DNA of 32,779 bases from a virus (IMGVR_UViG_3300047669_001907:1-32779), one strand, 5' to 3'; numbered from the stretch's first letter, positions 1 to 9,309 are shown. The notes: a model not told the origin generated them from the sequence alone. A program made the numbers and translations.

Positions 1-1336
1 TAAGAGTAATACCTCCGCCGTCAGCAGTTACATCTGTTGGAGTTGCAACAGAGCCTAATTCAATATTTTTGTCATCAACGGAAAGTGTAGTACTATTAAT
101 AGTAGTTGTAGTTCCATCAACTGTTAAATCTCCACTAAGTGTAAGATTTACTCCTGTGGCTGTACCTGTTAATGCTGGTGATGCAAGTGGTGCATAAGTG
201 GTCCCGGCTGTAGTTATAGCAAGTTTATCATCTAATGCTGTTTGTGTTGCAGTCGATACTGGTTTGTTGGCGTCAGTTGTGTTATCAACATCACTTAATC
301 CAACATGTGTTTTAGTTATACCAGTAGGTGTACCTGTAAAAGCTGGTGATGCAAGTGGTGCTTTTAAATTTAATGCTGATTGTGTAGAAGTTGATATTGG
401 TTTACCTGCATCAGTTGTATTATCGACATTACTTAATCCAACAGTAGTTTTAGTAAGAGTGTCCCAACTAGCACTTGCTCCATCTGTTCCTAGATAACAA
501 CCAGAATTTCCTGTTTGTGAAGGTAAACTACTAGTTACATCAGGCGTAGATATAATATTATTATACGTACTACCATCACATGTTACTTGCCATACATCAC
601 TTGTTTCGTTCCATATAATACCAACATTAGTAGCCGTTCCTCTTTCGACTTCTAAGCCTGCATTTTCAGTTGGTGTTCCTAATTCGTCTGAGTTTAATGT
701 AATAGTTGAATCACCGATGTTAACACAATTAGAAGTAACTATTGTGCAAGCACCATTAACTGTAAGATTTCCGTCTATTGTTAAATTGCAAAATGTAGGA
801 CAACTAGTTGTAGCGACTGTTTGAGGAATTGATACTGCTCCACTTACTACTGTAACACCAGTGCCACCTGTTATTGCGGTTTGAGCTCTTACATCAGTAT
901 AATAGCAATTTGTTCCTTCAGATAAATCAGTTGTCGATTTATTACCAAAGTCAGTATCAAAAGCGGCTGAACTATAACCTGATGTAGTGTCGCACCAAGC
1001 AAAAGCACTTCCTGTCCATATAAGATTTTGATTAGTACCCGGACTTGCTGGAATATCACAAAGACTTGAAATTCCAATATTAAAATTACCACTACTAGGA
1101 GAACATAATAATGTGCCGCCAATTGTTACACTCGTTGTTTGGACACCAATTGAATATACACATTTCCATTGGTTTGAATTATTTCCAGTTCCTTCTAAAC
1201 CAAGACAATGGACATTATGTTGCTCAGGTACAATATTTTGATCAACATGTTCCAGCTCATAAAATGTTCCGCCTTCTGTTTTTTTAGGTTTATTAAGGTA
1301 GTTAATACCAGGATTAAAATATGAAAAAGAACTCAC
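1..1336 (-). CDS. Tail fibre / virion fibre protein, Cys-enriched N-half, 3' end outside window (not in ORF track)
   Basis: Manual translation: GTG at 1336 with GGAGG 7 nt upstream, open to base 1 (MSSFSYFNPG...TDLSEGTNCYYTDVRA...NAGLEVERGT...LPSQTGNSGCYLGTDG...VGLSNVDNTTDAGKP...DDKNIELG...GGGITL). These motifs are typical of phage fibre repeats. Confidence 0.85.
   Translation of the reverse strand, partial: MSSFSYFNPGINYLNKPKKTEGGTFYELEHVDQNIVPEQHNVHCLGLEGTGNNSNQWKCVYSIGVQTTSVTIGGTLLCSPSSGNFNIGISSLCDIPASPGTNQNLIWTGSAFAWCDTTSGYSSAAFDTDFGNKSTTDLSEGTNCYYTDVRAQTAITGGTGVTVVSGAVSIPQTVATTSCPTFCNLTIDGNLTVNGACTIVTSNCVNIGDSTITLNSDELGTPTENAGLEVERGTATNVGIIWNETSDVWQVTCDGSTYNNIISTPDVTSSLPSQTGNSGCYLGTDGASASWDTLTKTTVGLSNVDNTTDAGKPISTSTQSALNLKAPLASPAFTGTPTGITKTHVGLSDVDNTTDANKPVSTATQTALDDKLAITTAGTTYAPLASPALTGTATGVNLTLSGDLTVDGTTTTINSTTLSVDDKNIELGSVATPTDVTADGGGITL
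174..361. repeat. Intragenic direct repeat (20-nt exact copies at 174-193 and 342-361) from a duplicated fibre module
   Basis: gctggtgatgcaagtggtgc occurs twice; the protein has VGLS(N/D)VDNTTDAxKP...APLASPAxTGT twice. Confidence 0.85.
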
Positions 1337-1339
1337 TCA

Positions 1340-1621
1340 CTAACCTCCCAATGCTATAGCAAAAGCAATTGATGTTTCATCAATTTTGTCTTGAAGGGTA
1401 ACACCATCCGGTAATGATACAACATGTTGCCAAGCACCATTGTAATGTTCTAAGTTATCATTATCACTATTGTAACGTAATGATCCATTTGTTGCAACAC
1501 CAGTTTGAGCTCGCCCAGATGTAGTTCCAATTGGTACTATTATAGCACCGTTTTGATCCACTGTCAATACTTGACTACTACTACTAATGTTATTTGTTTG
1601 ATGATTTAAATGTATTGCCAT
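1340..1621 (-). CDS. Small virion structural / fibre-adaptor protein
   Basis: IVPIGTT..R....GSLRYNSDNDNLEHYNGAW module and C-terminal SIAFAIALG motif, as seen in T4-like phage virion proteins. Confidence 0.7.
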   Translation of the reverse strand: MAIHLNHQTNNISSSSQVLTVDQNGAIIVPIGTTSGRAQTGVATNGSLRYNSDNDNLEHYNGAWQHVVSLPDGVTLQDKIDETSIAFAIALGG

Positions 1622-1645
1622 GTAGTGTCCAATCTATAGCAATAT

Positions 1646-3181
1646 TTATGAGTTGCTTATCCTAACACCAAATTCATTACTAAATGAATTATAAAGAAAT
1701 CTATTATTACTTCCATTTATACTTCTAGAATTAGAATAATCGTTATCATTGCCTGTAGAATATATTTGGTTTGATCCAGTTTGTGCAATAATATATGCTT
1801 TAAGTTGTGCTGGAGTAGCATGGGGATTTGCTTGTAACATTAATGCACCTACTCCACATACTTGTGGGCTTGCCATGCTAGTTCCTGTAATATTACCTAT
1901 TTTATAATTAGAATTACCTGGATAAGTTCCATCACTATGAGCATTAGTATTACTAAAAGAGCTCATGATATTTGAGCCTGGTGCCCATACTGAAACTCCT
2001 GGACCATTTTCACTACTACTTGCTTTTTGTTCTAGTCCTCCAGAATGAGTATTACTATCTATATTGCCTACTATATTAGCGTCATCACCAAATGGAGATC
2101 CACCTCTATTATAGTAATTGGTAGAGGAATCAGACTTAGTAAAATAATTATTGTAATCGGTCCCAGCTGATATATCTATTTTTTGATAACTATTTCCTGC
2201 GGCGATACAAACATGAACACCTGCGTCGGTTAATTCTTCTACATCTGTATCTACACTTGCAATTCTAGTGACATACCTGTATCCTGCCCATGTATAAGAG
2301 CCAACCATGCCTTTACTAGTATCCCTGCTTGTACTAGTCCATGCTGTTCCTCTATACACACCGCTTACAATACTTGTAAAATACGATCCATATCCCCAAC
2401 TCATATTAACAATAGTTGGTCTTTTATATCCTGTTGCAGGATCTACACTTTTACTATTGTGCCATTCTTTTATAACATCAAAACAATCTGATATACTAAT
2501 ACCTGTGCCTGAATCTCCACTACCTTCAATACCACCTACTTTAAGAGAATATACTTTAGCATTTTTTGCCCAACCGTAAGTTAAACCTGCGGCTGTGCCT
2601 GCGACATGTGTACCATGTCCATCATAATCTCTATAATGATTACCACTTTGAGTTCCAGTTACTCCACTTTCAGTATACCAATTTATTTGTTGAACTCTGG
2701 TATAGCCATCAGCATCATTAAATTCAGGATGGTCTACTTGTAAGCCAGAATCTTGAATAACTACATCAACTCCTGTACCATCTAAATGATATGTGTAATC
2801 TCCTGAAACAGTTGTGTTTGTGCCATATGCAGAGTTTGTAGAATCAATACATCGTCTCATACCCCAATTAAGATAATTTCCAGAATCACTAGTAGTTTTT
2901 GTAAAATCTCCAGATTGTCTTGCAGTAAGTCCAATTTCTATATCATCTCTGTCTTGTGGTGGGATTTCAACATCTATAACTCTACTATCATTACGTAATG
3001 CTATTGCTTCTTCTTTAGTTAATGCATAGTGGGTATTTCGTTGTGAAGCTAGTCTAGGATTAGCAACATCTACTGTTCTATTAGGTATGTCGCCGGCGCC
3101 TGTTGAGGCAATCATTTCTTGATTAAATTGATCGTATTCAACGCCTTTTTTAAGAGTTACAATATATTCTTTTTCATCCAT
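1646..3181 (-). CDS. Subtilisin-family (S8) serine protease with I9-like prodomain, probably virion-associated
   Basis: Catalytic motifs VVIQDSG (Asp), DGHGTHVAG (His), AAGN (oxyanion Asn), GTSMASP (Ser). Start moved to ATG 3181, which overlaps the upstream stop (TAATG). Confidence 0.92.
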   Translation of the reverse strand: MDEKEYIVTLKKGVEYDQFNQEMIASTGAGDIPNRTVDVANPRLASQRNTHYALTKEEAIALRNDSRVIDVEIPPQDRDDIEIGLTARQSGDFTKTTSDSGNYLNWGMRRCIDSTNSAYGTNTTVSGDYTYHLDGTGVDVVIQDSGLQVDHPEFNDADGYTRVQQINWYTESGVTGTQSGNHYRDYDGHGTHVAGTAAGLTYGWAKNAKVYSLKVGGIEGSGDSGTGISISDCFDVIKEWHNSKSVDPATGYKRPTIVNMSWGYGSYFTSIVSGVYRGTAWTSTSRDTSKGMVGSYTWAGYRYVTRIASVDTDVEELTDAGVHVCIAAGNSYQKIDISAGTDYNNYFTKSDSSTNYYNRGGSPFGDDANIVGNIDSNTHSGGLEQKASSSENGPGVSVWAPGSNIMSSFSNTNAHSDGTYPGNSNYKIGNITGTSMASPQVCGVGALMLQANPHATPAQLKAYIIAQTGSNQIYSTGNDNDYSNSRSINGSNNRFLYNSFSNEFGVRISNS

Positions 3182-4275
3182 TAATGTAGATCCGCCCATG
3201 CACCATTGGCATATGCTTGTACTTTATTATCTGTTGTATTGTAAATTAAATCGCCATTTGCGGCTGTTAATGCATTTCTAGTAGTAGTTGTAAAACTTGC
3301 AAGTCTAAACGGTGTATCTGTAACAAGCACCCTATTAGTAGCATCAAGTTCAATATTTGAACCTGAAGATATAGTTGTTGTACTTGCGCCTACTGACATA
3401 AAACAAGAAGTAACACACATTGTTGGAACAGTAATTGTACCACCAAACCAAGCATCACACACAACACCTAATCCACCTGTTGATTGTAAAGCACCTGTGG
3501 CTGTACTAGTTGAATTTGTTGTATCAGTAACACAAACATATCCTGTTGCGTAACTTAAATTATTTCCAGTACATGTCCAATATCCTGAACCACCACCACC
3601 GCCTGAAACATTTGTTAATGCTGATCCGTCACCAACAAAACAAGTAGCAGTAACATTTCCGCCAGCATAAACATCACACACAACACCTAAGCCACCTGAT
3701 GATTGTAAAGCACCTGTGGTTGTATTAGTTGCGTTTGTTGTGCCTGTAGCATGAAGATTTGATGCACTTGAACCGGCTGATTGTGATCCACAAACAGTTA
3801 AATCACCACAAACAACTAGATCATTTCCGAGCCATGTATCACAAGCAACACCTAGTCCACCACAAATTACTAACGCTCCTGTTGTTGTACTGGTTGAATT
3901 TGTAGTAGATGTATTATCAATGGTACATGTATTAATAATGTCAATAAATCCACAATTCCATTTTTGTGTTGTGGATCCTAAATCATAACATGCACTTTCA
4001 TTAGGTATAATATCAGAATGTATATCTCCGCCGAAGCATATCTGATCCGTATCTGCATCACCAATTGTAACGTTTCCTTGCGCGGTAATATTACCTGTTG
4101 CGTTAATGTTTCCACCTATACAAACATCACATGCTACAGCCATTCCGCCATTAACAACAAGAGCTCCAATACCTGCCCCTGTAGAATTTGTTGTACATGA
4201 TAATACTAAACTGCAAGTGCAAGCATTTGCGGCGTTTAAATAATAATCGTCTGTAACTTTAACTGTTGTTTTCAT
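3181..4275 (-). CDS. Cys-rich tail/virion fibre protein
   Basis: Four TTN(S/A)TxxxxGALxxxGG(L/M)xVxCD repeats, an IGDADTD..DIIPN..YDLGS..W module and C-terminal GDLIYNTTDNKVQAYANGAW; 20 Cys in 364 aa. Confidence 0.8.
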   Translation of the reverse strand: MKTTVKVTDDYYLNAANACTCSLVLSCTTNSTGAGIGALVVNGGMAVACDVCIGGNINATGNITAQGNVTIGDADTDQICFGGDIHSDIIPNESACYDLGSTTQKWNCGFIDIINTCTIDNTSTTNSTSTTTGALVICGGLGVACDTWLGNDLVVCGDLTVCGSQSAGSSASNLHATGTTNATNTTTGALQSSGGLGVVCDVYAGGNVTATCFVGDGSALTNVSGGGGGSGYWTCTGNNLSYATGYVCVTDTTNSTSTATGALQSTGGLGVVCDAWFGGTITVPTMCVTSCFMSVGASTTTISSGSNIELDATNRVLVTDTPFRLASFTTTTRNALTAANGDLIYNTTDNKVQAYANGAWADLH

Positions 4276-4283
4276 TTATAAAC

Positions 4284-5186
4284 CTAATTTAAATCTTGCC
4301 AGGCTGATCCATTATATACTTTTAACTTGTTATCACCATTATTGTAATACACCCAACCTGCAGAAGGTGTACTTGGATGACTAGCTAACCCGGTAAAACA
4401 TACTGTACCTGCTAAGGTTAAACTTGCAAGAGTGCCGACAGTTGTAATAGTTGGTTGTGCTGGGGTTGTAACGGTCGCCGCTGTTCCTGTTGTATTTTGA
4501 TTCCACGTAGGTACTGTTCCCATTTTAGTATAATCAATTCCAGCAGATGCATTAATATCTGCATCAACAATACAACCGGCAGTAAGTGATGCACTAAGAG
4601 CAACATTAGCAGTACCATTAAATGAAACTGCCGTAGCAGTTATATCGCCTGTAACTGAAAAATCTCTTGGAGTTGTAAGACAACAAGCTGAATCGGATAT
4701 ACCACCACTTGATGATCCAGCAGTTGTAGCACAACATACTGAAAAATCACATGCTAATACTTTTTTATATGCATTATCTGTTGCATCAACAACTAGCAAA
4801 TAATCATTATTGCTATCAATTGTAGCACAAGTTTGACTGCATATAACAGATGTTTGAACTACTGTACTTCCATTCGCGGCTAAAGTAATATGACCTGAAA
4901 CTGGTTGAGATGTAAATGATGCTCCACCACCTATTAACAAATTTCCACAAGTTGCTGTGGCTGTACCTACATCACTTAATCCAGTAAGATTTATTGCTGG
5001 AGAAACCCAGGATGAACTATTATAAAATTCTAAAACATTGGAAGTTGTATTATATCTTAGTGCGCCTTCTTTTAATGAAAAACTTGCGTGGGTACGTTCA
5101 GCGTCTGTTCCCTTTGGGATGGTTATATTATAACAACTATCAATTTCTAAATTGCTATTTTCATATGGAACTAAAATGGAACTCAT
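4284..5186 (-). CDS. Tail/virion fibre protein
   Basis: N-terminal IPKGT..R..GALRYNTTSNVLEFYN..W, LTTPRDFSVTGD..VSFNGTANV, WNQNTTGTAATVT, C-terminal YYNNGDNKLKVYNGSAW; 11 Cys in 300 aa. Confidence 0.8.
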   Translation of the reverse strand: MSSILVPYENSNLEIDSCYNITIPKGTDAERTHASFSLKEGALRYNTTSNVLEFYNSSSWVSPAINLTGLSDVGTATATCGNLLIGGGASFTSQPVSGHITLAANGSTVVQTSVICSQTCATIDSNNDYLLVVDATDNAYKKVLACDFSVCCATTAGSSSGGISDSACCLTTPRDFSVTGDITATAVSFNGTANVALSASLTAGCIVDADINASAGIDYTKMGTVPTWNQNTTGTAATVTTPAQPTITTVGTLASLTLAGTVCFTGLASHPSTPSAGWVYYNNGDNKLKVYNGSAWQDLN

Positions 5187-5220
5187 AGTCTTTATCTTTG
5201 ATACTTTAACTAATTTAAAT

Positions 5221-5227
5221 TATTTAT
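5221..5227 (-). promoter_or_regulatory. T4-like late promoter (ATAAATA) for the fibre operon
   Basis: GATAAATA lies between the gp23 terminator and the ATG at 5186; the same core recurs upstream of other late genes. Confidence 0.6.
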
Positions 5228-5244
5228 CAAGAAAATCAAGTCGT

Positions 5245-5273
5245 AAAAAAAGGTACTGCCGAAGCAGTACCTT
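5245..5273 (-). terminator. Rho-independent terminator after the major capsid gene
   Basis: AAGGTACTGC-TTCG-GCAGTACCTT followed by a T run: 10-bp stem with a C(UUCG)G tetraloop, 14 nt after the gp23 stop. Confidence 0.93.
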
Positions 5274-5287
5274 GTTTATAGTTTAGC

Positions 5288-6457
5288 TTAAATGAAGCTA
5301 AGGTTGGTTGTATTAATACCAATTTTTGCAAGATAATCACCTGCATTACCTAAGGAACTGGCCATATTCGACAACTCGACATAACCGTATCGAGTCATAA
5401 AACTTACGACTGGTTCAAAGGAACTTGGATCAAGTACGACCCCAGAACTCATTAGCGGTATGTATGGGCAATAAAAACTTGCGGCATCCATTTCGCCTGG
5501 TCCTTTATAACCAACTAACACGTCTGTTGCGTCTGTTGCATAAGCATTGACATAAACACGTACTGAACTATTCAGTGTTCCAACAAATTTTGTATTGGTT
5601 GGTGCTTCAAATGTACCTTCAGTTGTTCTTGCGAACGCTGAAGTTGTAGCACTTTGCAGAACTGTTAATGCAGTCGGACTGACAATAACAAAGTTACCTG
5701 CACCACGACGTGTGCGTTGAGCGATCAAGTTAGCGGCTCTATTAACTAGAACTGCTAAAGCGGCATGCTCATCACCAACAAACGTGGCTGTACCGGAAAC
5801 TGCACCTTGGTCGTATGTACCAATGGCTGTTCCAGCTAATGTTCCAAGGCTGCTCAAGATTTCTTGATCAATCTCAGTGGTTATTTCTTGAGCCAAAGCA
5901 GCCATAATTTCTGCTTCAACATCTAGACCGTGCTGTGATTGTGCATCTTGTGCGGCTTCAAAAGTCCAACGTGCGGACAGTCTACGCGACTTCGCTTCAA
6001 CTGTTTGCTTCAAGATTTGGATGGACATTCTGTTACCAGCTATTCCTTCTAAATCGGCTGTTGGGCTAGGTGCGGCACTTGAGGCCGGTGCACCTGAATA
6101 ATTTGCGGCAATATCAAAGGGACTAAGTGCTTCGCTACCTGCAGTGGCACCATTGTCAGTGTCAGCGTAACGTACTCTTAGTGTGTGAATTTGCGCGACG
6201 GGTCCACTCATTGGTTGGACTCCGATAATTTCGTTAGCAATAACGGTAGGCATTACCCTGCGTATAACCGGAAGAATAACTTTATTCAACGTTGCGACGT
6301 TACCTGCGTTTGTAGAACCTGCAGTAGCGGATTCCATTAAATGCTGTCGTGTGTTTTCTAAAGTTGTTTCCATAACAACTTTTTTGTTGCCTTCCAGACC
6401 ATCGCAGAGAGCCTCTTTAGTTTGTTGCCAATTTGACTCAAAAATTGCGTCTGCCAT
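5288..6457 (-). CDS. gp23: Major capsid protein (T4 gp23-like)
   Basis: RRVMPTVIANEIIGVQPMSGP, VEAKSRRLSARWTFEAAQD, EITTEIDQEI, GAGNF, FYCPYIPL, FMTRYG; AGGAG RBS. Confidence 0.97.
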   Translation of the reverse strand: MADAIFESNWQQTKEALCDGLEGNKKVVMETTLENTRQHLMESATAGSTNAGNVATLNKVILPVIRRVMPTVIANEIIGVQPMSGPVAQIHTLRVRYADTDNGATAGSEALSPFDIAANYSGAPASSAAPSPTADLEGIAGNRMSIQILKQTVEAKSRRLSARWTFEAAQDAQSQHGLDVEAEIMAALAQEITTEIDQEILSSLGTLAGTAIGTYDQGAVSGTATFVGDEHAALAVLVNRAANLIAQRTRRGAGNFVIVSPTALTVLQSATTSAFARTTEGTFEAPTNTKFVGTLNSSVRVYVNAYATDATDVLVGYKGPGEMDAASFYCPYIPLMSSGVVLDPSSFEPVVSFMTRYGYVELSNMASSLGNAGDYLAKIGINTTNLSFI

Positions 6458-6476
6458 ATATTTCTCCTACTTTATT

Positions 6477-7631
6477 TTATTTCATACCTGCTAATTTTTG
6501 CAGATTTAGTATTTCAGCTTTTGCATCACTGGTTTCTGGATAAATGTGAACTGGCCTATTGCCGGTAATCACAGTTCGCCTTGTTGATTGCGTTTCTGAT
6601 TGAGTTTTAATTTTAGCGTCTTCTGTAAGTTTTTGCTTATTCTGCATTTTCTTTGCAGAAACAGCAGTTTCCTCATTTAATACGCCAGGCAAGTACTTTT
6701 GAAAAGATCCTCTAAGTTGATCTGTTTGAATACTTTCTAACAGTTCTCCCATAAGAGTTCTTTTACCCTTTGCCAGTGGGCTTAATAATTCGCTTAAAAG
6801 TTTTTCACGTTGTGCTGTGTCTTCTGCGATTTTAATTTTAGCATTCGACTTTTTAATTTCGACTATTGCTTTTTCTAGAGTGCCATTACTTTCACCAAGT
6901 TTTGTCTCTAGCTCTGTTACCCTGTTTTGATATTTCTTGACTTCTGTGCCGTCTGCAAGATAACTTGTTAAAAATTCTGCCGCGAAACTTTCGAAAATTT
7001 TTCTTCCGAAGTTATTTTGTTTTGCGGACTCAATATCTTCTTTAAGTGCTCCTACTTCAGCTCTTAAAGCGCCACTGATGATATTTTCTACTTTTTCAGC
7101 GGCCTTTTTAACAAAGTCACGTTTTGTCTCGGCAATCAAAGCCTTACCTTCTTTAACCAATTTAACTCTTTGCTCTACAACAGCTCGTTTATCTGTGTGA
7201 AACTCATTAAGCTCTTTAGAAATATTGTTAACAACAAAACTTTCTAATTTCGCAAAGTTATCACCACTTGTTTTACGATCTGTGCGAAGATCTTTCACTT
7301 CTTTAGCAAGGGCTTCGGTTACAAATTTATCAAGAACATCTACATGTGAGCCAACAGCCTTCGTATACTTTACTCGGCTATCAACTAATCCTTTTTTGTC
7401 CTCGGCAAGCTCCTCAATTTCTGCTTTAATCGCATCCGATAACATGTGATCCATTGCTTCAACGATTTGACCTTTATCATGTTCATATCGTTGACTAAAC
7501 TCTTCACGCAATTCAGCTTTCATAGCTTCTTTTTGTTCAGTTAGTTTAGAATCCCACGCTTCCTGGATTTGACCTCTAGCATCCTCGGAGAGTGCCTCAG
7601 AACTTAACAGGTCCTCAATTGCATTTGCCAT
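6477..7631 (-). CDS. gp22: Prohead core scaffolding protein (gp22-like)
   Basis: Long coiled-coil, E/K-rich protein with GRKIFESF motif; located between protease and capsid genes. Confidence 0.85.
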   Translation of the reverse strand: MANAIEDLLSSEALSEDARGQIQEAWDSKLTEQKEAMKAELREEFSQRYEHDKGQIVEAMDHMLSDAIKAEIEELAEDKKGLVDSRVKYTKAVGSHVDVLDKFVTEALAKEVKDLRTDRKTSGDNFAKLESFVVNNISKELNEFHTDKRAVVEQRVKLVKEGKALIAETKRDFVKKAAEKVENIISGALRAEVGALKEDIESAKQNNFGRKIFESFAAEFLTSYLADGTEVKKYQNRVTELETKLGESNGTLEKAIVEIKKSNAKIKIAEDTAQREKLLSELLSPLAKGKRTLMGELLESIQTDQLRGSFQKYLPGVLNEETAVSAKKMQNKQKLTEDAKIKTQSETQSTRRTVITGNRPVHIYPETSDAKAEILNLQKLAGMK

Positions 7632-7642
7632 AAATTTCTCTC

Positions 7643-8272
7643 CTACTTGTTGAGTTCTTTTATGAACCCAATTATGTGTTTCTGTAAATGTTGTTGAGCT
7701 CGTCTGTCGTGCGTTGTTGCTTCAGCTAACTTAGTTAGAACATCAGCACCCTGCATATTATGCAAAGCCTCATAAATGGGCTTTGGATATGCCTCTGGCG
7801 CACTTGGTTGAGCAACTATATCTACAGTTACAATTTCAAAATCACTTACTTTGCCGGATTCGCCAACGTTGCCGCTTCCTCTAGAGGAAACACCTAGTTT
7901 GACGCCCGACTCAAGTAATGTTTTTATGATATTACCCATAGGCGTTGGTAAAATTTTAAGTTTACCTACTCCGTCCGAGCCTTTCATACTCATTTCAGTT
8001 ATCATGTGGCTCACCCGATCTAAATTAACTGTTAGATCATCTGGATGGTCTGCCTCACCTAAAACTGAAAAACCTTTAACAATCTTTTCTTGCAGAGATT
8101 TAACTGCGGTTGCAATTTCATTAATTGGGTATACTCGCGAATTTTGATTTTTAACATCACCTTGTATAAACACACCATTCATGTAAAGATTCTTTTCAGA
8201 TCCTTCACCTTCCTGGATACTCTCTACACTTAGCTTTGCTTGTTCAAAACTCAATCTTTCAACTAATTTCAT
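7643..8272 (-). CDS. gp21: Prohead maturation protease (gp21-like)
   Basis: GVFIQGDVKNQNSRVYP, LGEADHP, VSH, LGVSSRGSG, DIVAQPSAPEA. Confidence 0.96.
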   Translation of the reverse strand: MKLVERLSFEQAKLSVESIQEGEGSEKNLYMNGVFIQGDVKNQNSRVYPINEIATAVKSLQEKIVKGFSVLGEADHPDDLTVNLDRVSHMITEMSMKGSDGVGKLKILPTPMGNIIKTLLESGVKLGVSSRGSGNVGESGKVSDFEIVTVDIVAQPSAPEAYPKPIYEALHNMQGADVLTKLAEATTHDRRAQQHLQKHIIGFIKELNK

Positions 8273-8281
8273 TGTTTATCC

Positions 8282-9184
8282 TTATGAACCAATTGGACTT
8301 GTTTTATTGTCCGCGCCTTCACTGTTTCCCGGGGCTGACACATCTGATTGTGACTTGCCGGCTTTTCCACCAGGAACATTTACGTTACCTGCTGAATCTT
8401 CTGAAACAGATGGAGAACCGTGATCGCCTTCTGAGCCATCATTTACTTTAACAGCGGTTCCGCCCATATCATTTTTACCTGCTATGGGTGACTTTTTATT
8501 ATCTGCTGTATCAGTATTACTAGGATCTGCTACGGAGTTCATTGATGCGGCCTCTTCGATTTCTTCGAAATCTTCTTCAACTGTATCCTTAACTTTGGAT
8601 TCAAATTGTTGACCTTCAATTTCTGGTTCCATTTCTGGTTCCATGTCCATTGGCATTTCTTCGTCAGCTGGTGCTTCATCTTCACCGCCAATTAATCCCA
8701 TAAACTCAGCTTTCAAACGATCTAATGCTTCTTCAGCATCAACAAATGCTTGGTCTACTTCTGGATCGCCTGTTTCACCGTCAACATCAGCTTCGGGCTC
8801 TACTTCCATATCCATGTCCATTGGCATTTCGTCTTCTTCACCATCTTCGCTGTACATTTCTTCTGATTCAATCTCTTCGATATCATCATGCACAGGTTTA
8901 GAATGTGACATATCGTTAGTAAAATCTTGTTCTGGATTCCTAACAATTGCTTCGTCTATATCTTTATCTTCCTTAACTTCGTCGTCTTTAGATTCATCAA
9001 CTTCGTCGTCATCTTTCTTTTCATCAAGAATATCGTCTTCAGTTATTTCATCTTCAGTAACGAGGTTTTCATATATGCCTCGTGCCTTTTCCACGAATAC
9101 ATCGTGAAGCAGGTCGCTTGCTTTGTCTGTTTCCTCGTTTATAATATATTCGAGGACTTTTTCTAATTTATCTCGTGTAGTCAT
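8282..9184 (-). CDS. Highly acidic prohead core / internal scaffold protein
   Basis: Very D/E-rich; internal repeats EMPMDM and ADNKxSPI; position between portal and protease like T4 gp67/gp68. Confidence 0.65.
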   Translation of the reverse strand: MTTRDKLEKVLEYIINEETDKASDLLHDVFVEKARGIYENLVTEDEITEDDILDEKKDDDEVDESKDDEVKEDKDIDEAIVRNPEQDFTNDMSHSKPVHDDIEEIESEEMYSEDGEEDEMPMDMDMEVEPEADVDGETGDPEVDQAFVDAEEALDRLKAEFMGLIGGEDEAPADEEMPMDMEPEMEPEIEGQQFESKVKDTVEEDFEEIEEAASMNSVADPSNTDTADNKKSPIAGKNDMGGTAVKVNDGSEGDHGSPSVSEDSAGNVNVPGGKAGKSQSDVSAPGNSEGADNKTSPIGS

Positions 9185-9212
9185 AACAACTCCTGAAAAA
9201 TTGCGTATATGT

Positions 9213-9219
9213 TATTTAA
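9213..9219 (-). promoter_or_regulatory. Putative late promoter (TTAAATA) for the core-protease-scaffold-capsid genes
   Basis: TAAATA core about 29 nt upstream of ATG 9184, which has an AGGAG RBS. Confidence 0.45.
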
Positions 9220-9309
9220 TATAGTAAATCAAAAAGGGGTATAATTGGGTCAAAAACGACAAGTTTTGACAATTTTGAGAACTTTTTGAGTTTGTAATTG
9301 TAAAATTGA

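Noticed and set aside
1-5186. Codon reassignment (TGT/TGC not Cys) as the cause of the fibre Cys excess
   Set aside because: The same codons encode functionally required Cys in the gp46 CPLC hook, gp26 CxxC, pyrD SCPN and the radical SAM motif; the replaced residues are heterogeneous.
1-5186. Diversity-generating retroelement acting on the fibres
   Set aside because: No reverse transcriptase in the window and no TR/VR pair differing only at adenines was seen; the repeats are ordinary in-frame module duplications.
9240-9300. Plus-strand sigma70 promoter (TATAAT 9240-9245, TTGACA 9266-9271)
   Set aside because: The boxes are in the wrong order, no partner box lies at 16-18 nt spacing, and there is no downstream plus-strand gene.
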